This document shows, in pieces, positions 58,541 through 64,000 of a DNA stretch of 64,000 nucleotides. How positions within the stretch are numbered: position 1 is the first letter of the stretch; every line of letters begins with the position of its first letter. The notes beneath the pieces are model-generated. The model worked only from the letters and a program-made list of their open reading frames with translations, did no database searches and was not told the DNA's origin. The translations under genes and the position numbers were made by a program. The stretch comes from the human T2T-CHM13v2.0 reference genome, Homo sapiens: the NCBI RefSeq assembly GCF_009914755.1, contig NC_060927.1; one strand, given 5' to 3'.

Positions 58541-61168
58541 CCCATAAAAAATTATTTCTAATTTAGAGGCTCATACATTCTCCAAACTTGAGAAATACAA
58601 TTGTTCTATATGCCTGAATAAAGTTAAACCTCAAAAAGTCTGGCGTTCATTTTCACATAGTCGAGCCCCTTGAGTACTGCTTTTATGCCGTATTACAACT
58701 ATTAATATTCCTTTGGCTTCTATCAAAGGTCACTGCCAGAAGCATACATGTGATATTTGTAACTGCAATCATTATAAAAATATTAGGCCATCACACATTA
58801 CATTACTCAATGACCCTTTACAAAGTTCCATATGAAGATTTGCTCTTTTTTAAAAAAATTAATACAGTTCTGGGAAAAATTTCATTTCCTTTAAGAAACA
58901 AAATGCTTAGAGTTTTCTAATAACATTGGATCAACCAGCAATTATATACTTTATCTTTTCTTATCTACCAGAAAGCACAAATTAGAAGCCTTATCATAGT
59001 TGTTATAAATATATTATTTTATTTTCCTTGCTAATTTTTTACGTCCCTTCTACTTTTTACCATTTCTTTGCATGTGCATTTGTTGCAAGTCTTCACAAAT
59101 TATTTTCAGAATAAGATAAAAAATGAATAAAAAATAAATAAACATAAGTAACTGAAGCCTTAATTGGCATTTTTCTAAGGTTTTATTCCCATCCCATAGA
59201 AACTTTTTCTTCTGAAATTTTTTTACAAGCAGCAAGATATCCAGTGACTTGCCTGATTATTTCATGTCCTAAAGTATTTTCTTCCTACATTTACATTGAC
59301 ATCTGAAAATGCTAATGGAGTTTCTCTCTGGGATAGGGATCATTAAGTCAAAGAACTGAATCAAAATGAGCAATGAAAGATAGAATTTGTTCATGGCCAT
59401 AACAATAGGCAGTGATGTTAATGAGCATGGCAATTTTTATTGAATTTATGCAGTGCATTGCAGATCTGGAAACGCTTTGCTTGATTTTGGGACACAATCA
59501 GTTCAAAACCTTAAATACACCCCTCAGGGCTTATTCCCCTATTGATTAGAATTAAAAACAGTTGCCCACATGAAAGCCTGGGGCACTGATAGGTAAGGGA
59601 CACCAAAGTATTTTACTCAGTGATGAAAATAAAAAGCAATTACAGTGAAACTCACTTCCCAAGAGAAGGTAAGAGCAAAGCCTCCCATTTGCCCACTTGT
59701 AGCACAATTTCATAAAATTAGAAGATGTGACTTTTCAAGAAAATTAGGTTAATGTCAGCAGCAGATTGGAATTGATAGAATTCTATTTATTGCCTGTACT
59801 GTGACTCTCACTCCAGATAGTGCCCTATTCTCCAGGGTTGGAGCCCTGATGCAGCACCTCTGCAACCTTGTCTGTGCTCTGTGCCTCTTTGCAGTAAGTA
59901 TCTCTCAGTAAATAAGCCAGCCTTTCTGCCTTGCATACATTGTTGTTCTGCCTCCACAGCAATCCTGCTCCTGCCCTCTGATCAATTCACTCTGCCCTCC
60001 ATTTTCTCTTCCAGACAGCCACCGAAAGGAAATTGCCCTAAAATTCGTTTAGAGTCTCCCTTGTCCTTTCATCTCTCTATTTATTCTTCAGAGAATATTC
60101 TCATTCTCTTTAGTGGCCTTGGTTCTACTTATTCTGAAGTCTGGATACACAAACTGTATCCAACAAAGTCCTGACAAACTGCCTGCATCCATCTCTCCTT
60201 CAGAGGCTCTGTACCCCGTCAATGTTGCCAAGTTGGACAGCTATCCCCATCATTACATGTCATACCAGGGAATCATTGCTAGAATAAAGCAAAAAAACAC
60301 ACAGGTCAGTAAGTCTATTGATAAAGAAAGTGTCCTAGGGCATGGAATGATGAGTTGGTATGAGACTGATTCTCACAGCAGGCAACCCAAACAGCAAGGT
60401 ACCATGCCCTCTTTTCTGCGGTGGTTAGAAACAGGCATCAATTGCCAGTGCCTTATACTCAATTTCGGAGTCATGGCCTATCTACCCTATCTTGTTTCCT
60501 TCCAAGACCCAAATAATAGAGCAGCTTACAGAATGGGTCAAGAATCTACAGTGTTGAACTGGAAGGGACTTTAAAGCTCTTCTAGTCCAAACTCATATTT
60601 TTTGTAACAATTGCAGAAGCTGAGATTCTAAGAGGTGACTTGACCGAGGTCAAAGCAGAAATTCAAACCCAGGGTGTCCATCTCACAGCTACCATTTTTC
60701 TGTGAGTCTGTTCTGCTCTTTTTCTATACCAAGGAAACTTCTTCCTGTAAACATTCTTACTGCTGACTTCTCTACTGATATTAGTATCACCAGTCCTCTA
60801 TGACATTTTCAATCGTTGCCTTTCCCTTGTTTCTCCTTTAAAATAATCTATAAAGAATCACACATTTCTAGCTTCCTTTACATTCCTCACTTATCCTGCT
60901 CTACCTCAAGCCATTTTTATCACCTGACATGACTCCATTAAGCTTCCAAAATGCTGGCTCACTAATATTTCTAAATTACACTGCTATTATTGTCACTTCT
61001 TTGTGCAAAATTTTTTTGTAACTCCTCCTTATTTCATTAGAAACTAAATGCAAGCTCAACGTCCTCCCCAACACGACTCCGGTCTCTTGCTGGTCTTAGT
61101 TTCTACCACTTCCCCTTATATTATCAAGTAGAAAGCTGTTTTCTAGCATAACTAAAATAATAAACCAC

Positions 61169-61556
61169 TGATATGGTTTGGCTCTGTGTCCCCACCCAAA
61201 TATCCTGTTGAACTGTAATCCCTGATGTTGGGGGAGGAACCTGGTGGGAGGTGATTGGATCATGGGGCCAGATTTCTCCGTTGCCATTCCCGTGATACTA
61301 AGATCTCATGAGATCTGGTTGCTTGAAAGTATGCAGCACTTCTCACTTTGCTCTCTCTCTCTCTTCCTCCTGCTCCCACCACGTAAGTTGTGCCTCCTTC
61401 CTCTTCGCCTTCTGCCATAATTGTAAGTTTCCTGAGGCCTCCCTTGCCATGCCTCCTGTATAGCCTGTGGAACTGTGAGTCAATTAAACCTCTTTTCTTT
61501 ATAAATTACCCAGTCTCGGCTGGTTCATTATAGCAGTGTGAGAACAAACTAATACA
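61169..61556 (+). mobile_element. MSTA-like MaLR solo LTR
   Basis: TGATATGGTTTGGCTCTGTGTCCCCACCCAAAT...CCTGGTGGGAGGTGATTGGATCATGGGG...ACTAATACA. Confidence 0.92.
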
Positions 61557-61585
61557 ACATATCAAATATTTAATAGTTAATTTAC

Positions 61586-61948
61586 TGTATTAATCTGTTC
61601 TCCTGCTGCTAATAAAGACATACCCAAGACTGGGTAATTTATAAAGGAAAGAGGTTTAATGGACTCATAGTTCCACATGGCTGGGAAGACCTCACCATCA
61701 TGGCAGAAGACAAAGGAGAAGCAAAGGCACATCTTACATGGTGCATGGTGGCATTCAAGAGAGCTTGTGCAGGGGAACTCTCATTAATAAAAACATCATA
61801 TCTCATGAGACTTATTCACTACCATGAGAACAGTATGGGGGAAAGAGTCCCCGTGATTCGATTATCTCCACCTGGCCCCATCCTGGATATGTGGGGATTA
61901 TTACAATACAAGGTGAGACTTGGGTAGGGATACAGCCAAACCATATCA
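61586..61948 (-). mobile_element. THE1C-like MaLR solo LTR
   Basis: TGTATTAATCTGTTCTC...CAGCCAAACCATATCA; TSD TTTAC at 61581-61585 and 61949-61953. Confidence 0.93.
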
Positions 61949-63610
61949 TTTACCATGAATCAAATTTACCATAAATCAAGGAACTGTGAGTCCTGAGGCA
62001 GAACTGGCCATAGGCAAAATTAATGTTTTTCTCCTAATACAACATTAAATACTTAAAATATTGCCAAATACTCTATCAAATACTGAGAATAAAAGGTGAT
62101 TAAGATATTTTCCTTGTCCTCAGGAACTTATCATTCTACAAATGACATGGAAACATGTACGACTAATCCTAACTGGGTTAGATGCATGCCACATTAGAGG
62201 TAATAATAAAGTGTTGTGGGCACTCAGGGACATTGGCCTTCCTGCTTGTCTTTTTGAATTTCCATTTCTCTGTCTCCTTTCCACTATTCCTTTTTCTCTC
62301 CTATTGCATCTCTTTCAAGAAATTCTTTTATGGATCCCCACCTAGATCTCCTATATGCTAGATCTTTTTCTGACAGGCCTTCCCCTGGCCACCACTTCTT
62401 GATACCCTCTCAAAACACATTTTTTTCATGTGTTTCCTTAATGTCCTCAATCCTTATCAAGATGGCTGCCTGGCTAATTTGACAACAATTCTAGTTCAAA
62501 TGTTAAAACTTAACCGTGGTTTCGTGGAACACTTCTTACAGATAACATTGCATTTTAAACAGGACACAGAGCAATGAGAACATTTTAGTCTAAAAGATAT
62601 TTTGGAAAATGTTCTGATTCTCTGACACTCAGGCTGGGACTAAGGTAGAATCCAAGAGGTAATGAAGGATTGGGCCAAGTGCTTCCCAAAGTGCCTTGAT
62701 GACAGATGTATTTAAGGAATGAGTATGTAACGTTGTAGCTGAGGAGCTGTGCTAATCAGAAAGATTCCAGAGTAGCATTAGGAGTGATGAATTCACCTTA
62801 GTGCATGTATCAAGAGACAATGCTAGTGGTAAAGAGCTAAGACTAGCAAGTTCCATGCAAAGCAAATGGAGGAACCAAGCTGCAGACTATAACCAACTGT
62901 ACCCTGACAATCTCTAATATATATAGGGTGCTCATTAGAGGGTGAATGACTTTGGCTTTAGGTGTGGGGATAAGATGAAAAAGAGAAAGAGGTATCTTCT
63001 TCACTAATCATAAGAATGCCTTATATTTGTTTAGAATTTAAAGTTTACACATTATTTTATAAATGTGAAGTTCTCATAATCCCATTAAGATAAGCAGGAA
63101 AGAAACACAGTTTATAAATGACAAACATGAGAGGTACCCTATAAACATCTGTTGGGTAGTTGATTTGTAGATTGAGTGACTGTTTGGTTGATTGATCAAT
63201 AATCCACAAGGAAAATAGCAGTGTTCCTTCCCAATAAGGCAGGAGAGAGGGTGGATCTAACCATTTTTTTCAATGAGGAACTAAAGCTTAAAGAGGTCAG
63301 GTAGCTAGTTCCCCATCACCTAACTCACAAGTAGACCCAGAGTTTTTCTTAGCATGAATTGAGGATTAATTTCATTATAGTGTGTTTATTTATAGACCAG
63401 CCTCTCTGGCATACCTGATGATACCCTCTGAACAATTTCCTAAATATCAAGCTAGCTCTCCAATTGCTAAGATAGAAATGTTCTCAAAAACCTACGCTGG
63501 ATCCAGAGTATATGCAACAGGAAAACAACAGGATGAAGAGCAAAAAGTAAAGATGTCTTTCACCTTTATTCTTTTCTGAACCTCCATACTCCAGCTGTGG
63601 ATTAAAAAGT

Positions 63611-63618
63611 ACACATAC

Positions 63619-63650
<32 letters not shown>

Positions 63651-63664
63651 CTATATATATACAT
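63611..63664. repeat. (CA)n microsatellite followed by short (TA)n
   Basis: About 20 AC units with two interruptions, then TATATATAT. Confidence 0.9.
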
Positions 63665-64000
63665 AAATGTATGAAACATAAAGGATGATAAGGGACATAC
63701 TGTAATAATTAAGTTGAAAAAAATCCCTTAAATTTCTCTCCATAAATGTGAGGCAGAAATTCTAAATTTTCCTTTTTTATCTTGTAGTTTGATCCAGAGT
63801 AGTTTACTTGTTCTCTCTTAATATCAAGAATTCATAATCAGGATGCATGTTAATAGTATTAATTTTATTTCCTCATTTATGTTTTTCCGTGTCAGTGACT
63901 GGAACTGCTGGGTGAAAAACAATTCTGAGAAAAGATGGAAGGAAAATAGAAATCTTTTTACCCACACTAGACCTCAAAAGTTAGAAAAGCACTTTGCGAG

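Noticed and set aside
60113-60574. 153-aa ORF (and similar 41100-41513, 137 aa)
   Set aside because: Non-ATG start, no recognisable domain, ends in MIR-like sequence; length compatible with chance.

Overview
Primate (very probably human) AT-rich non-coding DNA, intronic or intergenic. I found no convincing host protein-coding gene, RNA gene or CRISPR array, and no evidence for a new multi-gene system. Transposon relics dominate the window: a full-length but inactivated L1PA3/L1PA4-type LINE-1 (about 18123-24299) that retains the 129-bp ZNF93-target 5'UTR segment, seven Alus (one a young AluYi6-like copy), older L1 fragments, MaLR solo LTRs, a ~1.5-kb Tigger element, MER5/MER30 MITEs, and many MIR/L2 remnants. 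Almost all ORFs in the track are repeat-derived or chance. The most interesting signals are fine-scale. Three fossil templated-insertion or snap-back scars stand out: an ~80-bp copy of DNA from 1.5 kb away inside an Alu, a complex junction at ~45.9 kb, and a hairpin-junction duplication at 30.9 kb. There are also tail-to-tail repeat pairs able to form dsRNA and a candidate minus-strand first exon at ~50.3 kb. Repeat subfamily names come from recalled consensus sequences and need RepeatMasker/Dfam confirmation.
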